Positions 8,814 through 18,026 of a stretch of DNA of 64,000 nucleotides are shown here, one piece after another; the first letter of the stretch is position 1, and every line of letters begins with the position of its first letter. Below the pieces are notes generated by a model. It saw only the letters and a list, made by a program, of their open reading frames with translations. It was not told the origin of the DNA and made no database searches. Where the stretch lies: the IMG/VR virus record IMGVR_UViG_3300020165_000007, positions 206,384 through 270,383 of that record. One strand, written 5' to 3'. The position numbers were made by a program, and so were the translations under genes.

Positions 8814-10220
8814 TTTACTTTCGTTAATCTTTTCTTTTAGAACTTCAACGAATCTTCGTTGAATCATCTTTACAAACTTAACGTATGGAGTGTCTCCCTC
8901 TTTTTTACCATACTTCTTCTTACCTGAAGGAGGTCTCTTACTTCTACCAAAATAATTTAGTGCTGAAATATTTGTAATACATTTATGTCCTCCTGAATTT
9001 GCTTGAATCATCTCCCAAGCAGGAACACCTAACTTATCAAGTATTGCCCATTCACCATCCGTTAAATCATTATATGGTTTGTTCATTATTGTCTTTAATC
9101 TATCCATATACTCTTCACCACCGTCTATAGACCTAACTTTATCTCCATAAAACGCTTCTAAATCGGCGTTAGTAAACCCTACAGACTCTTGGTCAAAACT
9201 TTTACCTGATTCTGATATCCACTTAATAGTTGATAATGGTATTATTTTATCTCTGAGTTGTGGTTCCCATTTCGCTAAGACTTCTTGAGCAATCTCACCT
9301 AAGTTTACACCTTTAAGTTCTCTCTCACCCTTAAATGGATTACAACTTGCCTGAACTAATCCCATGGGCCAAGCGATAACTAAAAAATCTGCGTCAGGAT
9401 TGTTTTTAAATGGTGTATATCTATCATATGAACCCGGTTTAAACATAGAACCTCCACCATATTGAACGATTATTCCGTCATCTACTTTTACTTTATCACT
9501 ACTATCTTGTTTTTTCACATAACCTTGTTGATTTAAAACCATTTCCTCAGGTGATGCATATCCTTCTTCTTGTGCAATTCTATTAATATTTTGAAATATA
9601 TTTAATAGTGATGGTGATGAAGACATAACTAATTTTTCTAAGAACTTAGGTTTGTTTTTATAAGCCAGTAGTAGTTTATTCGTGGCCAACCCTAAAGCCA
9701 TTTTATTTTTTTGTAATGATTTATCCTTTTGTAATTTAAATATAAAGTTCATTATATCTTGAGGTTCAAGACCAAATCTAGCGAAATCTGCCGAATCAAC
9801 TGTTGATATTAGTGTAATATCATCTGATGGGAATATGTCTGATGGTGACATAATATCAGAAAGTGTTGCCACATTTGAACGAGATGACCTAAAGGATGTT
9901 GAAGTATCTCCCTCAACACCCGTCTGACTATCGTGGTGGTCTGTATGAACCACAAACATAGGTTTACCATGTGCAAAATCTACAAGAACTGGCATTGTGT
10001 CTCCTTGAGCGTCCTGTTTTTTGACTGCAAACTCTTTATCTCCGTATTGAATTATCTCAGAGTCTACTACTTCTATTCCGTTATTTTCCAAATAGTTTTT
10101 CATCGCTAAGGCGGTAGTTACACCGTCTAAGTCTTGGTGGAAATATATCTTAGCCTTCTTGTACCTATCTGCAAGTGCCTTAATATTTCTTAATCCTGTC
10201 TCGTTTAATATTTTTTTCAT
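8805..10220 (-). CDS. DHH-family phosphoesterase-like protein
   Basis: YFHQDLDG, VDFAHG, TDHHD, DSAD, GGH motifs; MKKILNE leader. Confidence 0.75.
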   Translation of the reverse strand: MKKILNETGLRNIKALADRYKKAKIYFHQDLDGVTTALAMKNYLENNGIEVVDSEIIQYGDKEFAVKKQDAQGDTMPVLVDFAHGKPMFVVHTDHHDSQTGVEGDTSTSFRSSRSNVATLSDIMSPSDIFPSDDITLISTVDSADFARFGLEPQDIMNFIFKLQKDKSLQKNKMALGLATNKLLLAYKNKPKFLEKLVMSSSPSLLNIFQNINRIAQEEGYASPEEMVLNQQGYVKKQDSSDKVKVDDGIIVQYGGGSMFKPGSYDRYTPFKNNPDADFLVIAWPMGLVQASCNPFKGERELKGVNLGEIAQEVLAKWEPQLRDKIIPLSTIKWISESGKSFDQESVGFTNADLEAFYGDKVRSIDGGEEYMDRLKTIMNKPYNDLTDGEWAILDKLGVPAWEMIQANSGGHKCITNISALNYFGRSKRPPSGKKKYGKKEGDTPYVKFVKMIQRRFVEVLKEKINESKSN

Positions 10221-10534
10221 TACGCTCCTATACTTCCAATGTTTAAGTCACCATCCAAAGCGAATGATGCCACTTTTAAATCAGGGTTCTCTTCAACTCT
10301 AAACCTATACTGAGTTCCGTATCCACCATGACAAACTTCACTTAATTTATCACCTCCCAACTCTATTAACCAATTTAGTTTGTTTTTATCTTTTACGACT
10401 TCTTCAATACCTTCTACTTGATTTATTGGTATACATTTACCTTCTTGCTCATTCAAATATTGTCTTTTTGTTGCTGACTCGTGAAGGTTTAATATTCTAT
10501 CTTTTTCCGAGTTATCAATTCTGAATTGTCTCAT
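10220..10534 (-). CDS. Hypothetical protein with LNE-type leader
   Basis: ILNLHES..YLNEQ; TATTTAT at 10551-10557. Confidence 0.7.
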   Translation of the reverse strand: MRQFRIDNSEKDRILNLHESATKRQYLNEQEGKCIPINQVEGIEEVVKDKNKLNWLIELGGDKLSEVCHGGYGTQYRFRVEENPDLKVASFALDGDLNIGSIGA

Positions 10535-10568
10535 AGTAACTTATTTTAATATAAATATCACGTATAAC

Positions 10569-10595
10569 AAAAAACCCCTCACAAGGAGGGGTTTT
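10569..10595. terminator. Intrinsic terminator
   Basis: AAAACCCCTC-ACAAG-GAGGGGTTTT. Confidence 0.85.
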
Positions 10596-10618
10596 AAGTT
10601 AATTTAAATATTTTAATC

Positions 10619-11677
10619 TTACTCTTGAGTCATAATATACTTCTTACCATTATAGATATATAAACTACCAAATGGAAGGTCTAATAAATTATCGATTCTC
10701 TGACCCATAACATTATAATAGTTATTATCTAGTGGTCGTTGAGTATTTTGAATCTCACCTACACTGTTAGTAGTGTTGTCTAACAAGACCGCATCAATTG
10801 CATGTACTACACCATTTTGAGCTTCTAAATCAGCTAAGACGACTGTAGCAGTGCCGTTAATTGTTACTGTTTCACCGACACCGACTGTCAAAGTACCACC
10901 ACCAACTGTGGTCGCTTCCAGTCCATCATATAAATCAGTACTCATAACAGTAGTACCTAATACGTGATACAAAAGAATGTCAGTCAAATTAGGAAGAACT
11001 AAAAGGTCAGTAACCTCAACACCCAACGTAGTTGCCAATGCGACGAACGCATCGTCAGTCGGTGCGAATACTGTAAAGGTACCTTCACCTTCTAAAGTAC
11101 TTTGTAGACCTCCGGCAATAACAGCTGCTTCGAGGTAGTTATGGACATCACTTCCTTCAATCCAGTCCCATACTGTTGCCACTGCAGGTGTACCCGGTGG
11201 AAAAACAACCGCATCGATAACGTGGACTACACCATTGTCAGTAATAAGGTCTGCCACAGTTACTGAAGCTACACCATTTATTGTAATAGTCATACCATCT
11301 GATTGTATGTACATTGGTTCTTCAGGGAGTAAAGTGCCTAACATAGAATTAATTGACGGTGGAAGAAGCACCTCTCCTAAATATACTTCCGGAAGTACGT
11401 GGTATAAAAGAATATCAGTAAGATTAGGTAGTGCAAGTAAATCTTCTACCTCAACATTCAATTCATATGCTAACGCAATAAATGCATCATCAGTTGGTGC
11501 AAATACGGTAAAAGTGCCCGATGTGTCACTTAATGCATCGACAAGACCAGCAGATACAACAGCGGCTTCCAACAATGTATGGTCTTCACTATTAACGATT
11601 ACATCTACTACTGTAGATTGAGAAAAACTAATTAGGGATGTTAAGGCCAACCCAAAGGCCATTAGTACTTTTTTCAT
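10619..11677 (-). CDS. Secreted tandem fasciclin (FAS1) protein with T9SS-like C-terminal domain
   Basis: Signal peptide; two FTVFAPTDDAF..ILLYHV..NGVVH(V/A)IDAV repeats; C-terminus YYNVMGQRI..GSLYIYNGKKYI. Confidence 0.88.
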   Translation of the reverse strand: MKKVLMAFGLALTSLISFSQSTVVDVIVNSEDHTLLEAAVVSAGLVDALSDTSGTFTVFAPTDDAFIALAYELNVEVEDLLALPNLTDILLYHVLPEVYLGEVLLPPSINSMLGTLLPEEPMYIQSDGMTITINGVASVTVADLITDNGVVHVIDAVVFPPGTPAVATVWDWIEGSDVHNYLEAAVIAGGLQSTLEGEGTFTVFAPTDDAFVALATTLGVEVTDLLVLPNLTDILLYHVLGTTVMSTDLYDGLEATTVGGGTLTVGVGETVTINGTATVVLADLEAQNGVVHAIDAVLLDNTTNSVGEIQNTQRPLDNNYYNVMGQRIDNLLDLPFGSLYIYNGKKYIMTQE

Positions 11678-11776
11678 TTTTTTTGAAATTTGTTTTTTAT
11701 TGTTCCTTTAGTATAGTGTGTAGAGTTTTATTAGTCAATTGTTTTTTTGTGAAAGTTTTATTAAAAATATTTAAAC

Positions 11777-11807
11777 AAAAAAGACTCCTCATTATAAGGA
11801 GTCTTTT
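11777..11807. terminator. Intrinsic terminator
   Basis: AAAAGACTCCT-CATTATA-AGGAGTCTTTT. Confidence 0.85.
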
Positions 11808-13264
11808 AACATAGTAAAAAATTTATCTTGTCTATTATTATCAGGTTTTTCAAAAACTTTTTCCATATTGTACTTACCTATTCTTTTTGGAATTTTTAAT
11901 TCATTGTATTCTATGTAATCATCTTCATAATCTCTTTCAATAACCCCATTAATAACTCCACGGGTTTGTGATAATGAGAATCTTTTATAATTTTTATCAA
12001 AACCTGTATTCACTAACCACACTTTTACTTTGTGGTTATTCTCAACCCTATTTCTAAACATATTGGTGTAATCAGATATTTTCCTTGGTAGGAATGGGTC
12101 CCCAAAACAAGGTGAGAACGTTGTGGTAGGTTCAGTAACTCCAACTTCAGTACCCGCAACTTTTGAAGTATACCCTAACTTAAAGTACTCAACTGCTTGT
12201 TCTGTATTTAATAATGATATAGGTGGTAATACACCAAAAGCGTCAAAAGATAGAAAAAATATATTCTCAACCCCTAAACCTCTACCTGGCATACTTACCT
12301 TAACCTCACGTCTTATTTGGTCCAATGGATAAGAAACCCTAATGTTCTCTGTTATACTACTATCACTAAAATCAACATCACCTTCCTCATCAACTATAAC
12401 ATTCTCTAATAATGAGGTATTTGTTTTAGTGAATTTACTATGTATTGCGTCCCATATTACAGGTTCTTTATACTCATCTAAATCTATGAGTTTAGCGTAA
12501 CATCCTCCTTCAAAGTTATATATATAATCATCATACCATCCGTGTTCATCATCACCAATAAAATACTTTAAAGGGTCAGAAGATAGGGTAGTCTTACCAG
12601 TACCTGATAGTCCAAAAAATAAATTAACACCTCTACCGTCTTTAGTATTAGAATTAGCAGAACAATGCATCGGTAAGACTCCTCTATCAACTAAAAGAGT
12701 ATTCATAACGGTAAAGACACTTTTCTTTATCTCACCCGTATAACTCGTACCAGCTATTAAGATTTTTCTATCATCAAAATCTAATATTACAAAATTTTCA
12801 TTTTTAACATCTTCAGGTCTATTTTTACTTACAAAATCAGGGCAATGTAATATTTCCCATTCAGTAAATGTAGTTGAGAATGTTGTGACAAAACTTTGTG
12901 GGTCAATTAACATATTATTAAAGAATATGATAGCCCATGGTTCTGTACTTTCTATATTAAAAGTTGCACTGTGTTCATAATTGTAACCTGCAACTTGTCT
13001 AGCTCTGAAAGTTTTTGCGTTTTCTATATATTCTTTAATTTCATTTTTTAATGAAATATAACTATCTCTACTAACTCGTTGGTTTATGATTCTTTCAAAA
13101 TCGATAGTCTTATCTGTATATTTCCCCTCAGAAAAGTATCTATCTTTAGGTGACCTACCCGTAAATTTACCAGTATTAAAATGTAATAAACCCTCTTTGG
13201 TGGTCTTCATTCCTCTCTCCTTAGCAAGGGTCATTAATTGCTCAGTAGTTTCGTAATAAACCAT
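11792..13264 (-). CDS. pckA: Phosphoenolpyruvate carboxykinase (ATP)
   Basis: TGRSPKD, MHCSAN, FGLSGTGKTTLS, IGDDEHGW, FEGGCYAK, LENV, WLVNTG motifs. Confidence 0.95.
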   Translation of the reverse strand: MVYYETTEQLMTLAKERGMKTTKEGLLHFNTGKFTGRSPKDRYFSEGKYTDKTIDFERIINQRVSRDSYISLKNEIKEYIENAKTFRARQVAGYNYEHSATFNIESTEPWAIIFFNNMLIDPQSFVTTFSTTFTEWEILHCPDFVSKNRPEDVKNENFVILDFDDRKILIAGTSYTGEIKKSVFTVMNTLLVDRGVLPMHCSANSNTKDGRGVNLFFGLSGTGKTTLSSDPLKYFIGDDEHGWYDDYIYNFEGGCYAKLIDLDEYKEPVIWDAIHSKFTKTNTSLLENVIVDEEGDVDFSDSSITENIRVSYPLDQIRREVKVSMPGRGLGVENIFFLSFDAFGVLPPISLLNTEQAVEYFKLGYTSKVAGTEVGVTEPTTTFSPCFGDPFLPRKISDYTNMFRNRVENNHKVKVWLVNTGFDKNYKRFSLSQTRGVINGVIERDYEDDYIEYNELKIPKRIGKYNMEKVFEKPDNNRQDKFFTMLKDSL

Positions 13265-13269
13265 TTTTT

Positions 13270-14145
13270 TTAATTTGTTAATTCATCAACCTGTATTTTA
13301 AGTTGTTGTTGTTCCAACTGATAATCTTTAATTCTTTTTTTGGCGACTTCACAATAGTTTTTTGAGATATCAATTCCTATCCATTTTCTACCTAACATTT
13401 CGGCGGCTAAGCAAGTTGTTCCTGAACCGTTGAATGGGTCGAGTATTATATCTTCTTTATATGAAAGTATTTTAATCGCTCTGTACGGTATATCTAAAGA
13501 GAATGTCGCCTTTGTTTTTTGTTTGGTATCTGCAAAGTAATTCCATTGACCGAAAACTAGTGACATGAAATCTTTCTTATCTTTATCTTCATAAACAAGT
13601 TTCTTTCTCATCCCACCTTTTTTAGTGTCTTCAACCATTTGGTGTTCACCTTTCCATTGTGGAGTACCTTTTACCTTTTTCTTATGTAAGTTTTTATAAG
13701 CCAAAATGACACATTCCTTAGGGTTATAAATATACGGTGAAGAAGGACTCATCCAACTTCCCCAAGCAGTGGTCTTACTTCTATGAGGTGAACTTTCCTC
13801 TAAATCAACAATACCGAAGAATCCAAAACCAATCTCTTTCATTATCATCCACATCTCTGCAGAAAAATAAATTCTACCACCTTTGTCCTGTCGGTTTATT
13901 TCATAAGGTATGTTGATAGCAATCCTACCATCATCTTTAAGTACTCTGTAAGCCTGTGTTAACCAATCTTTCGCAAAGACTTTATACTCTTCGAAATATT
14001 TGTCGTCATCCCAACTATCATAATCAATACCAACACCATAAGGTGGTGATGTAACAATAAGGTCAATCGACCCCTCCTCCATCACCTCCATTTTCTTTAT
14101 AGAGTCTGACGTATAAATCGTGTTTGTTTCCATCTTCATTTTCAA
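13270..14145 (-). CDS. Beta-class N4-C/N6-A DNA methyltransferase
   Basis: TSPPY near N-terminus, DPFNGSGTT near C-terminus. Confidence 0.92.
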   Translation of the reverse strand: MKMKMETNTIYTSDSIKKMEVMEEGSIDLIVTSPPYGVGIDYDSWDDDKYFEEYKVFAKDWLTQAYRVLKDDGRIAINIPYEINRQDKGGRIYFSAEMWMIMKEIGFGFFGIVDLEESSPHRSKTTAWGSWMSPSSPYIYNPKECVILAYKNLHKKKVKGTPQWKGEHQMVEDTKKGGMRKKLVYEDKDKKDFMSLVFGQWNYFADTKQKTKATFSLDIPYRAIKILSYKEDIILDPFNGSGTTCLAAEMLGRKWIGIDISKNYCEVAKKRIKDYQLEQQQLKIQVDELTN

Positions 14146-14356
14146 TTGTTTTTATTCTTCTTTCCAAATACCATAAAGCTTTCTTTAAGTCTTGTAAAGG
14201 GGGGTTATCATCTTTTTTTCCACTACGTCCAATATATTTTAAAACATTAAATAGATAGGCGTCTTTATCTATACCCCAAGCTTCCGCTACTTTTACAACC
14301 TCATATGGGTTATCCTCACCACCGTAATGTGAAGGATGATTTACCTGTTCTTTCAT
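14063..14356 (-). CDS. DUF3310 (SaV-like) phage protein
   Basis: VNHPSHY..NVLKYI.R.GKK..DLKKALWYL. Confidence 0.85.
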   Translation of the reverse strand: MKEQVNHPSHYGGEDNPYEVVKVAEAWGIDKDAYLFNVLKYIGRSGKKDDNPPLQDLKKALWYLERRIKTIENEDGNKHDLYVRLYKENGGDGGGVD

Positions 14357-14517
14357 TCTTCTAATAGTTTTTTTATCTTTTCTTCTGTTAAAACAGCCTG
14401 ACTGTAGTATTCATCAGATTTTTTTCTGTCAATATTTCCGTATTTATGAGAAAGTTCAAAAAATTTATCTTTTTTACTATTTAATCTCTTTAGTTTTATG
14501 TTTTTAAAAATACCCAT
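14353..14517 (-). CDS. 54-aa protein absent from track (resembles Flavobacterial Lacal_2735-type small proteins)
   Basis: MGIFKNIKLKRLNSKKDKFFELSHKYGNIDRKKSDEYYSQAVLTEEKIKKLLEE; fills the gap exactly with ATGA overlap. Confidence 0.65.
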   Translation of the reverse strand: MGIFKNIKLKRLNSKKDKFFELSHKYGNIDRKKSDEYYSQAVLTEEKIKKLLEE

Positions 14518-14518
14518 A

Positions 14519-14740
14519 TTACTTTGATTCGTATTTCTTCTTTTTATTTTCTTTCCTCATTTTTCTCTTTTTCTTATCTGACATATTGTCAGATTCATAC
14601 TCTAATTCCTGTACAGGTTTTTTCTTACTACCTTCTTTCCATAGGTTCTTTGGGCAATATTCCCATCCAAATTTAACCATATTAATAGCCTCTTTATCTG
14701 AGACTCTTTTTACTTCTACACCTCTTTTAATTGTTTTCAT
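14519..14740 (-). CDS. Basic hypothetical protein
   Basis: 73-aa Lys/Arg-rich ORF in operon. Confidence 0.7.
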   Translation of the reverse strand: MKTIKRGVEVKRVSDKEAINMVKFGWEYCPKNLWKEGSKKKPVQELEYESDNMSDKKKRKMRKENKKKKYESK

Positions 14741-14918
14741 AGTTTTTGAGTTTTTCTTTTATTTCATTTATTGGTTTGTTTTCCGAAAACATTTTATAAA
14801 AATCGTGTGACCAATCATCACCAAAAATTAACGCATCTGAATTGAAGAGGTTATCTATGTAGTTATCCTCAGTCATTTCAATTATTTCTTTAGTTATAAA
14901 TCTTTTATTGAAACCCAT
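14727..14918 (-). CDS. Hypothetical protein
   Basis: 63-aa ORF in operon. Confidence 0.65.
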   Translation of the reverse strand: MGFNKRFITKEIIEMTEDNYIDNLFNSDALIFGDDWSHDFYKMFSENKPINEIKEKLKNYENN

Positions 14919-15313
14919 TTTAGTTCTGAATTTAATTTTACCGATACAATATGTTCTTGTTCTTTATCCCATTCATCTGGTGATATTAATGATAAGAATT
15001 TTTTTCCATTATTTCCATAGTATAAGTGATAGATATAACCTACCACAGGCTCGAAAGAATAAGTCGAATTGTAAATCATATTATTTAGGTTAACTTCTTC
15101 TATTAATTTATTGTATTTGTCGACAATTTGTTCAAACTCAGATTTAAATATTTTTTGTATTTTATGAGTCCCTTTTTGTCTAAATAAATCAATGTCCTCT
15201 ACTTCAATTTTAGGTCCTGATAAATTAGAAGCGTATGGTAATATATTAGCGTGGAATTTTTCATTCTCTTCGTCCCATACGATATTATCAGGGTATCTAG
15301 ATTTTTTACTCAT
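14894..15313 (-). CDS. DUF2452-like protein
   Basis: LPYASNLSGPKI, FEPVVGYIYHLY, LSLISPDEW motifs. Confidence 0.7.
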   Translation of the reverse strand: MSKKSRYPDNIVWDEENEKFHANILPYASNLSGPKIEVEDIDLFRQKGTHKIQKIFKSEFEQIVDKYNKLIEEVNLNNMIYNSTYSFEPVVGYIYHLYYGNNGKKFLSLISPDEWDKEQEHIVSVKLNSELKWVSIKDL

Positions 15314-16020
15314 TTTATATTACTTTCTTTGAGTTCATCTAATTTTATTGTTTGAGTAATGTAATTAATTACCTTTCTTTTAATTATCGAAAGTAGACAC
15401 CCGTCAATAGGAAATTCACTATCGAATTTTGCCTCGAAAATTATGTGATTCTTTTTAAATTTATGTGTGATTAATTCTCCCCTTTCTTTTAATATAAAAT
15501 CACACTTCTTTTCGTCATATCTTCTATGAATTTTTTTTATACGATATTCATATAAAAATTTTTCGTCATTATAGTCAAATATTAAATAACCTTTATTCGC
15601 ATTTTTATTATTTAATTTAACTTCTCTGTTAGTAGGCTTTACTAATACAGATTCAAATACGATAGACCATATTGACTTGGCAATTAAAAAGTAATCTTTT
15701 AATTGTTCATTAGCCTTTTTAGATATTTTTACAATTTCTATTAAGTTATCGTCACTAATACCTGTTAATTTTTTATGGGATAAATGAGCTAAAAGTATTT
15801 CATCGTCAACATTTTCAGGTTCTTTTTTTAATACTATTCTAGTTAAGTTTTTACTTATAGAATTAAGATTGGCTAAATGTAAAGAAAGTTCTTGAAATGT
15901 TGGGTATAGTTTAAAGTTTTCTAAGTCTTTATCTATTTTAGAAATATAGTCTAATAGAACATACTCTTTATGTTCCATATCTATAGGTTCTTGTAAAATC
16001 CAATCTAAAGGTAATCTCAT
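15310..16020 (-). CDS. Hypothetical protein
   Basis: 236-aa ORF; IDMEHKEYVLLDY..LYPTFQELSLH resembles conserved Bacteroidota hypotheticals (from memory). Confidence 0.75.
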   Translation of the reverse strand: MRLPLDWILQEPIDMEHKEYVLLDYISKIDKDLENFKLYPTFQELSLHLANLNSISKNLTRIVLKKEPENVDDEILLAHLSHKKLTGISDDNLIEIVKISKKANEQLKDYFLIAKSIWSIVFESVLVKPTNREVKLNNKNANKGYLIFDYNDEKFLYEYRIKKIHRRYDEKKCDFILKERGELITHKFKKNHIIFEAKFDSEFPIDGCLLSIIKRKVINYITQTIKLDELKESNIK

Positions 16021-16067
16021 AATTAATTATTATACCTTAAGAATAAAAAAAACTTTTAATTAATCAA

Positions 16068-17699
16068 TTAATCTACCCTAAATACATAATAATCGTGACC
16101 ATCAATTCTAATATCATATTCTACACCATCATAATGTGATATATTGTGACCAACACCATCCGTATCCACCGCATCCTCAATTATCTCATCTTTATTTAAG
16201 AATTCCTCAAGGTCTAAATCGTAATCTTTAATATAATTTTGTGGGTTAGACCTAACGTCACTTAAATACTCATCCACCTTTTTTTCTATCATTTCCTCAG
16301 TGGGTTCTCCCTCAGGACTTAATGTTAAATCATCTCTCTCCTCTTCTAACTCATCTATTTTATCATATACTTCACCCCTTTCATCACTACTATAAGGTAA
16401 CGAGTCAGTATCTCTTGTCTTTCTATAAAGTTCTTCAATCTCTTGGTCTAATTCTTCGTGTCTTTCCTTTTGTTCTGTAGATAACGGTAGTTCATCTTCA
16501 TCGAATATAGATTCCCAATCATCTCTAACATAATCATAATACCAACTCTCAAAATAACTGACAATAGAATCTATGTCTATGTAATTCATCAAATAGTCTT
16601 CGTTAAATGACTCCATTAACCCTACGTCATTAACCAAGTCGTTTAATCTAGATTTTGCGAGTTCGTAAACATCATCCCATTCACCCACAATATATTCACT
16701 ATCTGTTTCATTTTCACCCATCCATTTAAATGCTAAAATTTCTCCAGGATAAAAATTATTAGTCTCAGGTATTAAATTATATATGTCCTCATCTTCACCA
16801 ACTTCATTCACTAACCACTCATTTCTTAAACCACTCATCACAGCATTTGCCTTTCTTCCTACCTCATCTAATTCGTTGTTTTCAGGATTCCACGCATCTC
16901 TTTCTCTTATATCGTCCATCCTCCTTAGTAATCTTTCTCTTCTTATTCTATCATCTCTTTGGGTTCGTCTTTGTAACTCTTGTTTCGCTTTAATTTCGTC
17001 TTTAAATAATTCGATATCACTAGCGTAATTTGTTGACATGTATCTTTGTATAACATTATCAATCTTTTCAAACTCAGGTGTCCCTAAAATCCACCCCACT
17101 TTAAATGAATCATCAGGCGCATCATAGAAAATTTGTTTTCCATCATATTTTTGTAACATTGCAACTTTATAAAACTTACTACCTGATTTAGCTTTTTTAT
17201 CTAAAAAATAAAATAATTTACCGTCTCTATTGTAGGACATAAAGTGACTATCACTACTTTTAGCTGCTGTACACCATTTACTGCCCGCTCCGTAATAACA
17301 ACTAGCCTCATGTGTCTTTGGTGTTATTACAGTAAACCTGTCGTCTTCATACACTATGTCGGCCCCATCTATTTTTTTAACGTCCCTCCTTACCTTATTT
17401 TCGTGTTTTTCAATCGCATCTGTAATATCTTTTAAAGTATTGTATTGATTAATATCTTTTATTTCTAAATTTTTTTGAAATTTTATAAACTTCTCTACCG
17501 CAATTTTCGCTTTAACTAAATCATCATTTACATTTTCAGATGAAATGACCTTACCTAAAAAGTTTAAAAACTTTTGGTTGGATGATAGTTCTATAGATAA
17601 TAAAAATATTTTTTTTATATCCTCAGGTTTGAACTTATCTTTATATCTTAATAAAAACTCGTCTTTTCTTCCTTCTAATAATACTTTACTAAGATTCAT
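16068..17699 (-). CDS. Large hypothetical with ASCYYG..KWCT domain and acidic C-terminal region
   Basis: 543 aa; MNLSKVLLE leader; paralogous domain in 27475..28818; TATTTAT at 17717-17723. Confidence 0.8.
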   Translation of the reverse strand: MNLSKVLLEGRKDEFLLRYKDKFKPEDIKKIFLLSIELSSNQKFLNFLGKVISSENVNDDLVKAKIAVEKFIKFQKNLEIKDINQYNTLKDITDAIEKHENKVRRDVKKIDGADIVYEDDRFTVITPKTHEASCYYGAGSKWCTAAKSSDSHFMSYNRDGKLFYFLDKKAKSGSKFYKVAMLQKYDGKQIFYDAPDDSFKVGWILGTPEFEKIDNVIQRYMSTNYASDIELFKDEIKAKQELQRRTQRDDRIRRERLLRRMDDIRERDAWNPENNELDEVGRKANAVMSGLRNEWLVNEVGEDEDIYNLIPETNNFYPGEILAFKWMGENETDSEYIVGEWDDVYELAKSRLNDLVNDVGLMESFNEDYLMNYIDIDSIVSYFESWYYDYVRDDWESIFDEDELPLSTEQKERHEELDQEIEELYRKTRDTDSLPYSSDERGEVYDKIDELEEERDDLTLSPEGEPTEEMIEKKVDEYLSDVRSNPQNYIKDYDLDLEEFLNKDEIIEDAVDTDGVGHNISHYDGVEYDIRIDGHDYYVFRVD

Positions 17700-17799
17700 C
17701 TTATAATACTTTTATGATAAATATTAGTAGTTTATAAAATAAACTTTTTAAAGACTATTTATATATTAAATAAACTCTCACTATTAAAAAATTAAACTC

Positions 17800-17931
17800 A
17801 TGGGATGTGGATGTAAAAAAAAGGCTCAACAAGCTCAACAACAAGCACAAGTTCAGCAACAAGATAATACTAAGTCTGTACAAGAAGCGGTAAATAAAAC
17901 TGTGGAAAAGTATTATAAGAAAAAAGACTAA
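17800..17931 (+). CDS. 43-aa MGCGCK microprotein (absent from track)
   Basis: MGCGCKKKAQQAQQQAQVQQQDNTKSVQEAVNKTVEKYYKKKD; TATTTAT at 17756-17762, terminator downstream. Confidence 0.75.
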   Translation: MGCGCKKKAQQAQQQAQVQQQDNTKSVQEAVNKTVEKYYKKKD

Positions 17932-17951
17932 GTAAAATCCGCCATAAACTT

Positions 17952-17978
17952 AAAAAGGGGTGTAATACATCCCTTTTT
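17952..17978 (+). terminator. Intrinsic terminator
   Basis: AAAAAGGGGTGT-AAT-ACATCCCTTTTT. Confidence 0.75.
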
Positions 17979-18026
17979 CTATTTATAGTATTTTTATTTA
18001 TTGGTATATTTCATAAAAAGTATAAT

